This document shows, in pieces, positions 39,150 to 49,587 of a DNA stretch of 57,895 nt. The notes under the pieces were generated by a model that did not search any database, was not told the DNA's origin, and saw nothing but the letters and a program-made list of their open reading frames with translations. Position 1 is the first letter of the stretch; each line of letters opens with the position of its first letter. Position numbers and translations under genes: made by a program. The stretch comes from a virus (taxonomy: Duplodnaviria; Caudoviricetes), in the IMG/VR virus record IMGVR_UViG_3300020198_000018, positions 1 to 57,895 of that record, one strand, 5' to 3'.

Positions 39150-40175
39150 ATGAAAAAAGCATTTGTTATTAATGGCGGAGCTGGTAGAGTTTTATGCGCA
39201 TTACCAGCATTGGAATATTATAAAAAGAACATTGATCCAGATGTTGTTATTGTTAGTGAGGCTTGGATGGAATTATTTCTTTTAAGCGAATCATTAAGGG
39301 ATAATGTATATCATATTGCGCATAAAGACCTATTCAAAGAAAAGTTGATCGACAGGGAAATTATTTCCCCCGAACCATATCGGTTGAATTCATATTTCAA
39401 TCAAAAATCCAACCTTATTCAAGCGTTTGATTATATTATTAATGATTTAAAAGAAGTCCCTAATACTAAAACAATTTCATTAACACTTGGTAAAGAAGAG
39501 CAAGTGTATGGTCATAATTTAGTAAATCAGGTAAAGGCACAGCTCGGTAAAGAAAAGTGTGTGGTTATCCAACCATTTGGTTCAGGCGTAAAGATGGAAG
39601 GTAATTTTATCTACGATACCTCTGGTAGAAGCTTTGAACTTAAAGATTTTTCTAAAATGGTAGAAGACATTGGAGAAGATTATGCTATTATTTTAATGGT
39701 ACCATTTAAAGTCCCTACAGACAAACCAATGAATGCTGCAGTACCAGAAGACATTGATCTAGTAAAATGGGCAGGTATTATTAATGCTGCTGATTATTTC
39801 TTGGGTTGCGATAGTGTTGGTCAACATTTAGCTCATGCTCTCAATAAGCCAGCAACAGTAGTAATTGGAGCAACTTTTCCGGAAAATATATCCTACCCAG
39901 ATAATAAAAATTTTACTATCATAGATAATGGTGCAGAAAAAAGAATCTACTCACCAATTAGAATAACATTCGATGGTGGAATTGAACGTAATAACGAAGA
40001 TCTTATGATTTTGTCTAATGATACATACAACAAGATTATCAAAAGTGTGAGAGATAAATTGGGTAGATTACCTAAAGATAAGAAACAAAATAAACCCGCA
40101 GAATCAAGTTGTGAAAAACTGCCTGATTTTAAACTAAAACAAAACCCTATAAAACAAGCATTAGGTGGAGTATAA
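39150..40175 (+). CDS. GT-B glycosyltransferase-like protein (GT9/heptosyltransferase-like), copy 1
   Basis: GGAGRV, VIQPFG, ADYFLGCDSVGQHLAHAL (resembles the GT9 DS..H.A motif). Confidence 0.65.
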   Translation: MKKAFVINGGAGRVLCALPALEYYKKNIDPDVVIVSEAWMELFLLSESLRDNVYHIAHKDLFKEKLIDREIISPEPYRLNSYFNQKSNLIQAFDYIINDLKEVPNTKTISLTLGKEEQVYGHNLVNQVKAQLGKEKCVVIQPFGSGVKMEGNFIYDTSGRSFELKDFSKMVEDIGEDYAIILMVPFKVPTDKPMNAAVPEDIDLVKWAGIINAADYFLGCDSVGQHLAHALNKPATVVIGATFPENISYPDNKNFTIIDNGAEKRIYSPIRITFDGGIERNNEDLMILSNDTYNKIIKSVRDKLGRLPKDKKQNKPAESSCEKLPDFKLKQNPIKQALGGV

Positions 40176-40176
40176 C

Positions 40177-40515
40177 ATGAATTCAGGATATATCCTTGGT
40201 ATTAGCAGAGGACACAATGCAGGAGTCTGCTTATTAAAAGATGGTGAAATAATTTTTGCCATAGAAGAAGAAAGATTAAGTAGACATAAATATGATGGGG
40301 GTCCATATGCCGCCATGTTAAAAGTGTTGGAGTATACCGATAAATTAGATTATATCGTTGTTTCTCATACACAAAGTTTAGCTGAAACTTGCGGTAAAGT
40401 AGATTACACGGGTGATTTTATTTATACCGGGTTAGCTAGAAAACTAGGGCTGATTGACCGCAAACAAGATCTAAATGAACACCCACAAGTTATTGATCTT
40501 AGTAAACATCACCAC
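40177..40515 (+). pseudogene. Carbamoyltransferase copy 1, 5' fragment (113 aa)
   Basis: ILGISRGHNAG...EEERLSRHK...DLSKHHH; similarity to the paralog stops at 40515 and a stop follows at 40533. Confidence 0.9.
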
Positions 40516-40581
40516 GTTTTGTGGTATATATAATATATAATACGTGATAAACTGATAGAATTTATTTTTAATGGAGATAAA

Positions 40582-41538
40582 ATGGATACCACGAAACGAA
40601 GCAGCGCTTTCTTTATTAATGGTGGCAGCGGTAGAGTAATATCATCAATTCCCGCTTTAGAATTATATCATAAAGAAAATCCAGACGACGATTTTATAAT
40701 CGTCTGCGAAAGCGGAATGGATGTCTTTAGAGGACATCCAGTTCTACATCCACGCGCATTCGAGCCTGATCATAAAGGTCTTTTCGAATCACATATCAAA
40801 AATAGAAATTGTGTTACTCCAGAACCATATAGAGTTTGGGAATACTATAATCAACTATGTAGCATTGCTCAAGCATTTGATATAGAGATAAACAAAAAGG
40901 GCTTAAGAGATGTTCAAAAGCCAAACTTATATCTTTCAGGATTTGAGACAAACGGTGCATTCATAACTGTGCGCGAAATGAAAGAAAAACTCAACGTTGA
41001 AAAAATCATAGTATTTCAGCCGTTCGGTAGATCGACGATGACTCCGAATGGATTCCCGTACGATAACTCTGGAAGAAGCTTTGACACGTTCGATGCAGCA
41101 GACATTATAAAAAGACTTCAGAAGAAAAAAATAGGCGTTATACTTATGTCGGAATTTCCAGTTCCGTTCAATGATTTAGGTTGTGAACAACCAGTGCCAA
41201 AGCCAGATAATGCTTCTATCAGACAATGGATGGGATTTATTTCTGCGGCTGATCATTTCTTAGGGTGCGATTCAGTTGGCCAGCATATAGCCTACGCGTT
41301 AGATAAACCTTCAACAGTCGTGTTAGGATCGACGTTTGCGATTAATGTTTCTTATCCTAATAAAAAGAATGTTAACATTATCGACGTAGATAAAGATACA
41401 AGAAGATATTCTGCTATTCGTCTTGCTGTGGATGATGAAGTAGATAGAGTAAACGATGGTTGTATGAAAATCAATAAGAACGATAAAATCATTAATGATA
41501 TTGTAAAATCAGTTTGTAATTCAATTGGAGTTAAGTAA
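40582..41538 (+). CDS. GT9-like glycosyltransferase, copy 2
   Basis: Paralog of 39150 (FINGGSGRV, PEPYR, FQPFG, FLGCDSVGQH). Confidence 0.65.
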   Translation: MDTTKRSSAFFINGGSGRVISSIPALELYHKENPDDDFIIVCESGMDVFRGHPVLHPRAFEPDHKGLFESHIKNRNCVTPEPYRVWEYYNQLCSIAQAFDIEINKKGLRDVQKPNLYLSGFETNGAFITVREMKEKLNVEKIIVFQPFGRSTMTPNGFPYDNSGRSFDTFDAADIIKRLQKKKIGVILMSEFPVPFNDLGCEQPVPKPDNASIRQWMGFISAADHFLGCDSVGQHIAYALDKPSTVVLGSTFAINVSYPNKKNVNIIDVDKDTRRYSAIRLAVDDEVDRVNDGCMKINKNDKIINDIVKSVCNSIGVK

Positions 41539-43322
41539 TGAGTAATAGTGGGTATATATTAGGAATTTCGCGAGGTCATAATGCTGGTGTATGCTTGTTA
41601 AAAGACGGTAAAATCGTATTTGCTATTGAAGAAGAACGCCTATCTAGACATAAGTATGATGGCGGCCCATATGCAGCCATGATGAAGGTAAAAGAATACA
41701 CTGATAAAGTAGACTATATCTTCGTGTCTCACACACAACCTATATCTGGTGCTGGTTCAGTAGATTATACTGGAGACAATGTATACACTGGTCTTGCAAG
41801 AAAACTTGGCTTAATTGAGCGTAAGAATATAGATCTAATAAATCATCCACAAGTAATTGACTTATCTTTTCAGCATCATAAAATTCATGCGGCTTGTGCG
41901 TTCTATCGCTCTGGCTGGAAAGACGCTGTCGCTTTAGTAGTCGATGGCGCTGGTTCTGCAACTAGAATTTCAGAATACGATTATATGTGGGAAGTAGAAT
42001 CTATATTTGATTGTGGTTATCCCAGCAATTTTAAAACATTATATAAGCATTCTGCTTGTTCATCAATGTTATTCAATAATCATGATTTTAATAGCGATTC
42101 GAAATACTTAGGTGAAGAAGGAACTCATGAATCTTTAATTTCCGGAAATGCAGGAATTGTAAAGCTATATGAAGCAGTCACAGAGTATTGCGGCTTTTCT
42201 GGAATAGAAGCTGGTAAAACTATGGGTCTATTCCCATACGGTAAACCAAATACAAACATTCCATCATTGTTTTGTGAAGATAGCAAGTTCGAAATAAAAC
42301 TTACTAATAAAAACTTGGTCACGCCAAGATATCCCGGAACAGCTGTTATCAATGCATCTCAATATACAGAACTTGATTCAGTTCCAAATGAGGGAGAAGA
42401 TCTTACTTTAATGCAAAATCGTCGTGATCTTGCGTATGCTCTTCAAACCGGAACACAAGAAAAAGTTTTACAGCTTATTCTTAAAGCCGTAGAATCATCT
42501 GGAAAGAAAAAAGTAGTTCTATCAGGTGGATATGCTCTTAACTGTGTAGCCAATTATTATTTTCTTGATACTCTTCGCGAAAAGGATATTGAATTATACG
42601 TTGAGCCAATCTCAAACGACGGTGGCACTGCAATTGGTGTAGCTTTATTGGGTTATCATGAAGTAACTAAATCTGAAGATGTGCATCCACGAGAAATTTA
42701 TCTTGGTCCTAAATATGACTATACAGTCGAACAAGTTCATGAACTTGCAGAAAAGTATGGCGCAGCAATTCAAGATTGCAATGATTCTGATGTAGTAGAA
42801 TTAATGACAAATAAAAACATCGTTGCATGTTTTCAAGGTCGTTCTGAAAATGGGCCGAGAGCTTTAGGCAATCGATCACTTATGTTTGATCCTACTTTTA
42901 AAGATGGTAAAGACTTTGTAAATCTTATAAAGCGTCGTGAATACTTTAGACCATTTGCTGGTTCTATATTAGCAGAAGATGTTCATGAATGGTTTGATTT
43001 ACGCGGCATGGAAGATTCTCCGCATATGATGTATGCAGTAAACTGTCAACCTGGATTTGAAGAAAAAATTCCTTCTATCATTCACGTAGATGACACATGT
43101 CGCATTCAGACTGTGACTGAAGAACAAAATCCACTTTACTATAAAATCATTAAAGCGTTTAAAGAAAAAACTGGTGTTCCTATTATTTTTAACACCTCGT
43201 TCAATCTTGGCGGAGAACCATTAGTAGAAACTTTAGAAGATGCGCTTTGGACATTGCAACAAAGCGATATCGAATATTTGTATCTTCCAGAGCATAGCAA
43301 ATTATTGACAATCTGCAACTAA
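41538..43322 (+). CDS. Carbamoyltransferase (NodU/CmcH/TobZ family), copy 2, intact
   Basis: EEERLSR, HHKIHA, VVDGAG, GKTMGL, SGGYALNCVAN, GPRALGNRS, KRREYFRPFA, NTSFN. Confidence 0.93.
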   Translation: MSNSGYILGISRGHNAGVCLLKDGKIVFAIEEERLSRHKYDGGPYAAMMKVKEYTDKVDYIFVSHTQPISGAGSVDYTGDNVYTGLARKLGLIERKNIDLINHPQVIDLSFQHHKIHAACAFYRSGWKDAVALVVDGAGSATRISEYDYMWEVESIFDCGYPSNFKTLYKHSACSSMLFNNHDFNSDSKYLGEEGTHESLISGNAGIVKLYEAVTEYCGFSGIEAGKTMGLFPYGKPNTNIPSLFCEDSKFEIKLTNKNLVTPRYPGTAVINASQYTELDSVPNEGEDLTLMQNRRDLAYALQTGTQEKVLQLILKAVESSGKKKVVLSGGYALNCVANYYFLDTLREKDIELYVEPISNDGGTAIGVALLGYHEVTKSEDVHPREIYLGPKYDYTVEQVHELAEKYGAAIQDCNDSDVVELMTNKNIVACFQGRSENGPRALGNRSLMFDPTFKDGKDFVNLIKRREYFRPFAGSILAEDVHEWFDLRGMEDSPHMMYAVNCQPGFEEKIPSIIHVDDTCRIQTVTEEQNPLYYKIIKAFKEKTGVPIIFNTSFNLGGEPLVETLEDALWTLQQSDIEYLYLPEHSKLLTICN

Positions 43323-43326
43323 GAAA

Positions 43327-44265
43327 ATGCACTTGGAGAAATTAATGACGATTGTTAAGACAAAAATATTTAATGACATTGCAGTATATTCTGAAAATCT
43401 TGCAGTTGACATTGAAAATATTAGAGAAGAAATTCTTTTCACATCTGATGAAATGGCGCAACTTCGAAATGACTTTGACACTCTTTCTGATCAGGAATTA
43501 GCTGACAAGTATCCAAACCTCACGCGGGAATGGATACCTGATGATCAACTTAGTTTATTTAAGAAAAAATTAGTATACTTGTTTGAACAGAGTATAGTCT
43601 ACTTGGACGTTGGAGGATATTCTCCAGGTGGAAAAGGACCGCTAGTTAAAAGTGATCTTCGCTATCATCACTTACCGAATACGGTAGAATCTACAATATT
43701 AACTTTAAGGAATGATCTTGCGCCGAAAACTAATAGACCGTTCAATGATTTAGAGTCTGCTGACCCGTATCTTTGGGTATGGGAAAACGACGATAATGAA
43801 TGGAAGCAGATTAATATTAGACGCATACATCATATATTCGATATGTTTTTAAGAAAATGGTACCCTAATCAATTCTGGTTATGTGAAAAGCTAGATCGTT
43901 TTACTGCATCTATAAAGTATTACGAAAATTATGATGATGCAGTAAACCATCATCCGCTATATTCAAAAACCCCATTAGACGTTCGAACAAAAACTACGAC
44001 AGTGACGCTTGATCCAAGCCTCATGCCGGAATTGCCGCAGCAAGAAATGGCAGAGAGCGAACCTATTGAAGCTAGATGGGATCTAAATAATAAAGTGAAA
44101 TTTTGGGACACTGAAAATAAACAATGGTTGACATTATCTACATATCAGATTTTAGATATGGAAGTGAATGAAGAAAAAATTCCAAGCACTGACGAAAAAC
44201 ACAAAAAACCATCAAATTGGCGTCAACTAAGAGATGGAATAGATAAATTTCCAAAATATGATTAA
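43327..44265 (+). CDS. Hypothetical protein
   Basis: 312-aa ORF; two similar segments (VWENDDNEWKQ, FWDTENKQWLT) weakly resemble WYL_2/SH3-like barrels. Confidence 0.6.
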   Translation: MHLEKLMTIVKTKIFNDIAVYSENLAVDIENIREEILFTSDEMAQLRNDFDTLSDQELADKYPNLTREWIPDDQLSLFKKKLVYLFEQSIVYLDVGGYSPGGKGPLVKSDLRYHHLPNTVESTILTLRNDLAPKTNRPFNDLESADPYLWVWENDDNEWKQINIRRIHHIFDMFLRKWYPNQFWLCEKLDRFTASIKYYENYDDAVNHHPLYSKTPLDVRTKTTTVTLDPSLMPELPQQEMAESEPIEARWDLNNKVKFWDTENKQWLTLSTYQILDMEVNEEKIPSTDEKHKKPSNWRQLRDGIDKFPKYD

Positions 44266-45271
44266 TGTTATTGGTGATAGCATAATATATGAATTCGTCT
44301 ATGGGTCTATTGTACAAGACGAATTGATAACGCACCGGGCTAATTCTACTAGATTAAGTCCAGGCGGTGCTATCACTGCGTATAATTACTGTAATATGTT
44401 TTTTGAAAAACCACAATTGATTAGTTACATGTGTGATGAATATACATTGAGCAAAGATATATTCTTAAAGACAAAAAATACGCCAAAAATAACTCAATAT
44501 ATATCTAATAAGAACTCTAAAGTTTTTCAGTGTATCTCCGATGTACACATCAACAATTTTGATGTGTACTCATTAATCAATGAAAAAGTAAATCATAAGT
44601 CTGTATCAGTGTTGTATGATATTGGCTTTGGCACTCTAGATTCTATAGAAACTATAATTTCAAGTTTGTTAAAAAAAGCTTGCACTGTTATAGCATATTC
44701 TAAAAAATATATGGAGTGCCGCATCGCAAACTATCTTTTAATTGAGAACGAAGACTTCAATGGTAATTGGTCTTCTTATAAAGTAGATAATTTACTAATA
44801 TTGAAAAATCATCGAATCTATAAACTTTACAGTGATAAGTATTGTAATGGATATGAATTTATGTTTGATGAATCGTATTCGTCTAATTCAATAGACATTC
44901 CAGCTATAGTATGCGGTATGTTAGCTGGAGGGATTAATTCGGGAATGGAATTAATCCAGTGTTTAGAATATATAAACGTAGTACTAAACACTAAACTTAA
45001 TCGTTTAGATTATGTGTGCTTGAATAAAGAAGACATTTGCCAGCACAACAAAGTAATAACGTTTAAGTTAGAAGACGCAGATATTGATTCTGATATCATT
45101 AGATCGTTAATAGATAAAGCATCCGAAGGTAACGAAGTACACGTTTACACTAATAGAGAAGAACTGTTATCGATACTACAGAATTTTCATTTTATAGATA
45201 AAGTTTTTCTTTCTAAACCCGATATAAATTCTAGTTCGTTAAAACATAATATACCATCTTTAGTACAATAA
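44258..45271 (+). CDS. Degenerate HldE/RfaE-like (PfkB kinase + nucleotidyltransferase) protein
   Basis: INVIGDSIIYEFVYGS...SPGGA resembles the HldE N-terminus; REELLSILQNFHFIDKVF resembles its C-terminal domain; catalytic motifs not evident. Confidence 0.45.
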   Translation: MINVIGDSIIYEFVYGSIVQDELITHRANSTRLSPGGAITAYNYCNMFFEKPQLISYMCDEYTLSKDIFLKTKNTPKITQYISNKNSKVFQCISDVHINNFDVYSLINEKVNHKSVSVLYDIGFGTLDSIETIISSLLKKACTVIAYSKKYMECRIANYLLIENEDFNGNWSSYKVDNLLILKNHRIYKLYSDKYCNGYEFMFDESYSSNSIDIPAIVCGMLAGGINSGMELIQCLEYINVVLNTKLNRLDYVCLNKEDICQHNKVITFKLEDADIDSDIIRSLIDKASEGNEVHVYTNREELLSILQNFHFIDKVFLSKPDINSSSLKHNIPSLVQ

Positions 45272-45272
45272 T

Positions 45273-46298
45273 ATGATAGAAGAATTGAATCTGGCGTTAT
45301 CGAATAGATGTAATGCAAAATGTGTTTGGTGTCCATCTACTAGAGGCTCAAAACACTATTATGATATGCCTTGGGAAACTGCTAAAAAGATATTAGACGA
45401 AGCTTCGTCTGCAGAGTTCCCTTGGAAAATTAAGCATATTACATTAAGTGAGAACGGTGAAGGAATTTATAATAAAGATTTTTTAAAAATTGCAAGATAT
45501 GCAAGAGAAAAATTTCCAGATGCTATCATAAGTTCTTTAAGTAATTTTGGCATGATGACAAAGGCTTTATCTGAATCAATCGTTAAAGAAAAATTACTTG
45601 ACACAATGTCAGTTAATATAGATGGACATGATGAACAAACATATTACGCGGCAAAGGGAATCAGCTATAAGTCAGTTATTCGTAATTTCAAAAGGTTTAT
45701 GAAACTTAGAAATGAATTTCAGCCTGAACTTAAAGTGAAAATCAATGTTATGCCGGTGGCCGAATATACAATTACAGTAAAGGCAGTATTAGGTCATAAA
45801 CCTAATCAATTAAACGATAAAGATATTCCATTTTCTAATTTTGAGTTGACGAAACAATCGTTATCTAAAATTATTAATATTCATGACGTTAACATTGACA
45901 TTTCGCCGTCTAAGTCCGGATTCTGGTCAGAACGCAAATTGTTGAAAAACGGTATAGTCAAATCTCCAATTGATCAATCTACGCTTAATTGCCCAATGCT
46001 TGATAGAGTGAAAACACAAGCATTCATTGCACCAAATGGTCAATGGTACCCATGCTGTCTAGACGATAACAATGATATTTCTTTAGGCAACGTAAACGAA
46101 AATACGCTATTAGAAATACACGATTCTGATACTAGAAAAACGTTTATAAGTAATCTAGAAAATCATGATTTTAACAAAAATGGATATCCATGTAATACTG
46201 TAATATGCTGTGAAAGTTTTTCTTTGAACAACTATGACGTAAACACTAAACATTACTTGAAAAAGGGATTTATTCCTATAACTGAGATTACAAATTAA
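45273..46298 (+). CDS. Radical SAM protein with SPASM/twitch domain
   Basis: CNAKCVWC (CX3CX2C); C-terminal CPML...NGQWYPCC...LGNV...CNTVICC. Confidence 0.88.
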   Translation: MIEELNLALSNRCNAKCVWCPSTRGSKHYYDMPWETAKKILDEASSAEFPWKIKHITLSENGEGIYNKDFLKIARYAREKFPDAIISSLSNFGMMTKALSESIVKEKLLDTMSVNIDGHDEQTYYAAKGISYKSVIRNFKRFMKLRNEFQPELKVKINVMPVAEYTITVKAVLGHKPNQLNDKDIPFSNFELTKQSLSKIINIHDVNIDISPSKSGFWSERKLLKNGIVKSPIDQSTLNCPMLDRVKTQAFIAPNGQWYPCCLDDNNDISLGNVNENTLLEIHDSDTRKTFISNLENHDFNKNGYPCNTVICCESFSLNNYDVNTKHYLKKGFIPITEITN

Positions 46299-46306
46299 GG
46301 ATTAAT

Positions 46307-46513
46307 ATGACTAAAGTAATGCTTAGAGAAGTTATTAAATTACAGCACGATGCACCAGAGGCTCATTCATTAACTGCATTAATGTTGTCTGGTTCTATAG
46401 ACAACAATATTCTTGGCGAAGATCGATTATCAAAATTCAAATACGCATTCCCAATCGAAATGTATTTTGAGAATATTGATAATTTCGAGGGTGGCGGATA
46501 CATATTACAATAA
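46307..46513 (+). pseudogene. Short, probably truncated ORF running into the orphan fibre tip
   Basis: SD-preceded ATG; its last codons are the out-of-frame start of the fibre-tip sequence. Confidence 0.45.
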
Positions 46514-46814
46514 CTCTGTTTCTGGGTTAGCGGCTACTGATGTACAGACTGCTGTTGATGCGGTTTACAACAAGGTTAATTTGCTAGGTAATGTTGATAA
46601 TTATACAAGTAACGTGACGTATGATTCTAATGGATATGTATCTAGGTTTATTACCCCAAGTATTGATATAAAAAATATTGTTTATACCAATGTCGGGATT
46701 CTTTTATCAGAGTACAAAATAACGTCATATACGGAAACAACTAATGGCATAACAAAAACTATAACCGTAACATATAATAACGACGGTTCTATAAATACAA
46801 TTGTTGCGGTATAA
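46491..46814 (+). pseudogene. Orphan alternative C-terminus of the 52912-55938 tail fibre
   Basis: VADTYYNNSVSGLAATDVQTAVD aligns with fibre residues AADTYYNNETSGLASSNVQGAID; no well-spaced RBS/start. Confidence 0.75.
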
Positions 46815-46823
46815 GGAGATATA

Positions 46824-47813
46824 ATGTCAGATATTTTATTGTATAACGCCATTTCAATGGCAAATCGGAATTTAAGGATGGACATGGGAGAGTATACATC
46901 TGCGCTAGAAGACCCATCCTTTTTTAATTTATGGCCAAGCGCAATCCCTAAATTACCAGTTGTGTCTGGTACTTTATGTGTATACGATAACTCGGTTAAT
47001 TTTAATGCTGGAAAATGTTGCGCTTGGACTGTTCCTGCTGGTACTACAAAAGTACGATTTGAATTATGGGGTGCTGGTGCTGGAACCAGTCCAGGTATGT
47101 GTTGTTCCGGTTCCCCCTTTGGGGCCACTGGCGCATATGCCTCTATGATAATTAAAGCGGTCCCTGGTTGCGCATATACATTATGCGCTGGGTGCGCAAA
47201 CGGAACCCAGTTATATTGTACATGCAGTGTAAATGTTAGTGGATGCGCTAGTTATGTAACCGGATATGATTTGTGTAATTTTTGTGCTATGGGCGGGTGT
47301 TCAAGTTTATACAGAATGATGACTCAATTTTGGGGTGGTGTAAGTAATGGGTGTTGTCGATATCAACCAAATCCTGCTTGTGCCAGCAGTGGATGTTTAT
47401 GTTGCGACAGTAACGCTCTATTTATGTGTTTCTCTAACTCCTGTCAGATGTCTTGCGATACTAATAAGCCACGCATCACAAGAACCTTTGATTCAGAAGT
47501 AACTGCTCACGGAACTTCTTCAACGGGTACTCTATATAAAATTCCAAGTATGTATGCGGCAGATTGGTTTGACACAAACTTCTATGGATGCATGTGTGAC
47601 CAGCCAACAATGTTACCTAATGGTACTATTTCTAATATATGTTGCGTCTCTTATACATCAGGTTACTATTGTGGGATGTCATGGGGCGGCGCATGCACTG
47701 GGAATAGATGTCAGCCTGGGAAAGGTGGAGCTTTTAATCATATGATGGGTGGAGCGACCGGAGGTTATGGTGATTTAGGTAGAACAGGCATGGTTAAAGT
47801 TAGTTGGTGTTAA
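46824..47813 (+). CDS. Cys/Gly-rich tail-associated protein
   Basis: WTVPAGTTKVRFELWGAGAG glycine-rich-domain signature; about 30 Cys. Confidence 0.75.
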   Translation: MSDILLYNAISMANRNLRMDMGEYTSALEDPSFFNLWPSAIPKLPVVSGTLCVYDNSVNFNAGKCCAWTVPAGTTKVRFELWGAGAGTSPGMCCSGSPFGATGAYASMIIKAVPGCAYTLCAGCANGTQLYCTCSVNVSGCASYVTGYDLCNFCAMGGCSSLYRMMTQFWGGVSNGCCRYQPNPACASSGCLCCDSNALFMCFSNSCQMSCDTNKPRITRTFDSEVTAHGTSSTGTLYKIPSMYAADWFDTNFYGCMCDQPTMLPNGTISNICCVSYTSGYYCGMSWGGACTGNRCQPGKGGAFNHMMGGATGGYGDLGRTGMVKVSWC

Positions 47814-47827
47814 AAACGGAGAAAAAA

Positions 47828-48466
47828 ATGAAAAAAACGCTTACAATTAAAGTCCCAAATCAACTTTGGGTTGACGATTTTACAGAAAACAAAACGGCAA
47901 AATTTCAATACGATGGTCCTAGTAAAATATGGGTTAAATCAGTCAACGGTACTCTTGTTCCTACTGTTTATGAAGAGGAACCAGAATCAGATCCAACTGA
48001 AGCAACCAAAATATTTCCTATTGAAATTTCAACAGCATCAGAAACAGAATTAGCAGTTGCTATTCTATTAGTTCATGCGCCAGACCCTGTTGAATATGTA
48101 TTTGAAGACGAAATTAATTATGACGGCACGGTATATGGAAAGATTACTAATCCAAAACTTAATGATTATTATGTAGCTTCTGCTACTAGTAACGAATTGA
48201 GTATTGTAGTAAATACAAAAGATCAAACTGTACAAAACGAAGAAATTGCTATTCAAAGAAAAAATTACGTTACAAAATATACTAGCGTATATAGTTTTGA
48301 TTCTGCAGACCAAGCCAAGATTGATGCATTTTTAACAGAAATTGATTCATATTTAGAATCTATGAAAACAGTATATCCTTGGAAGCACGTTGCATTTAAT
48401 GATGACGTACCAAAAATTCCTGTTTCTATAGTATCTTTGTTTAACTCTTTGCCAGATTTGAAATAA
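47828..48466 (+). CDS. Hypothetical, putative fibre assembly partner
   Basis: ATG 47828 after GGAG; N-terminus (TIKVP...QYDGPSKIWVK) resembles the 51052-51834 protein. Confidence 0.6.
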   Translation: MKKTLTIKVPNQLWVDDFTENKTAKFQYDGPSKIWVKSVNGTLVPTVYEEEPESDPTEATKIFPIEISTASETELAVAILLVHAPDPVEYVFEDEINYDGTVYGKITNPKLNDYYVASATSNELSIVVNTKDQTVQNEEIAIQRKNYVTKYTSVYSFDSADQAKIDAFLTEIDSYLESMKTVYPWKHVAFNDDVPKIPVSIVSLFNSLPDLK

Positions 48467-48475
48467 GGAGATACA

Positions 48476-49537
48476 ATGAGCGATATTTTATTATATAATG
48501 CAGTTGTTGAAAATCAAAAATTGATTAAAAAGTTTGTTAACCCCAGTATACCATATGATGCTACATATTATAGTAATAATCAACTAGGCGTAGCGTATAA
48601 TTGTTATGGTAGAACAATATCGCAATGCCCCGATATGGTTAAGCACTGGAAAAGACAATTAACGCCGTTGACTTTGCCAAAAGCACATGGGTTTAAGGTA
48701 TGCGATTCTAGCGGATATTTTCGATGCGGAGCGAGTTGTGGTTGGGGTGTCCCTCCTGGCGTGACAAGCGTACAGTTTCAATTATGGGGGCATGGCGGTG
48801 GAAATAGTGGTCAGTGCTGTTGCGGCGGAACACCATTTGGCCCGACAGGTTCATACGCCACTGCGTGCGTTCCAGTAACTCCAGGGGAAGGTTTTTCGCT
48901 ATATGCTGGGTGCGCGTATTGTTGTTATGCAACTCAAACCACTCCAGGATACAATACAAACACGACCTATGTTTGCTCAACAACTACAACAAATTTTAGT
49001 TTATTTGCTAACGGTGCTATGCCAGAGTTTAATAACTGGTGTGCTGCTATGCTAGGAGTAAACTCGACACAATGCGGACCGCCGAGTAATGATGGATGTG
49101 GTCCGTCTGCTTGCTCTGGGTGGAATTTTTGTTGGGATGCTAGTGCTGATAATGTATGTATACCGCATGCATTTTCTAAATGCGACACATGGTGTTTATG
49201 TTGCAATGGTAGAGCTGGGGTAATTACATACGGATTACCGGCAATTTATCCAGCGATAGTTATCGGGTGTGATTTAGGTTCTTGTGGAAATAGCTGGCAT
49301 ATATCCGCCCCAGTATTTGGGTTTGAGAATTGTACTTGTTGTTGGAGCAACAGTACCATTCACACTATGGGAGTCATGTGTCACGGGTACGGTGGCTGTG
49401 GTTACTCAGCACAGAATGGATACCAACAAATTCCTGCTGCTGGAGGATTCGCTGGATGGGTTTGCGGCGGATATAATGCTGGTTCTGGCGACTCAGGCGG
49501 CATGGGAATGATATGTGTTAGTTGGAACTGTAACTAA
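48476..49537 (+). CDS. Cys/Gly-rich tail-associated protein (paralog of 46824)
   Basis: Same MSDILLYNA start; WGVPPGVTSVQFQLWGHGGG; about 33 Cys. Confidence 0.75.
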   Translation: MSDILLYNAVVENQKLIKKFVNPSIPYDATYYSNNQLGVAYNCYGRTISQCPDMVKHWKRQLTPLTLPKAHGFKVCDSSGYFRCGASCGWGVPPGVTSVQFQLWGHGGGNSGQCCCGGTPFGPTGSYATACVPVTPGEGFSLYAGCAYCCYATQTTPGYNTNTTYVCSTTTTNFSLFANGAMPEFNNWCAAMLGVNSTQCGPPSNDGCGPSACSGWNFCWDASADNVCIPHAFSKCDTWCLCCNGRAGVITYGLPAIYPAIVIGCDLGSCGNSWHISAPVFGFENCTCCWSNSTIHTMGVMCHGYGGCGYSAQNGYQQIPAAGGFAGWVCGGYNAGSGDSGGMGMICVSWNCN

Positions 49538-49548
49538 CGCTGCAAATT

Positions 49549-49580
49549 AATCTGGGCATCCTTAGGATGCCCAGATTTTT
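49549..49580. terminator. Strong hairpin terminator between convergent genes
   Basis: AATCTGGGCATCC-tta-GGATGCCCAGATT-TTT. Confidence 0.85.
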
Positions 49581-49587
49581 ATTATCT

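Noticed and set aside
40165-40533. Independent 122-aa gene, with 49588-50931 as a separate complete gene
   Set aside because: They are the two halves of one carbamoyltransferase; homology of the 3' half extends upstream of the TTG to 51039
46413-46490. N-terminal 26 aa of the 133-aa ORF in the track
   Set aside because: It overlaps the 46307 ORF out of frame, and similarity to the tail fibre begins only at about 46491
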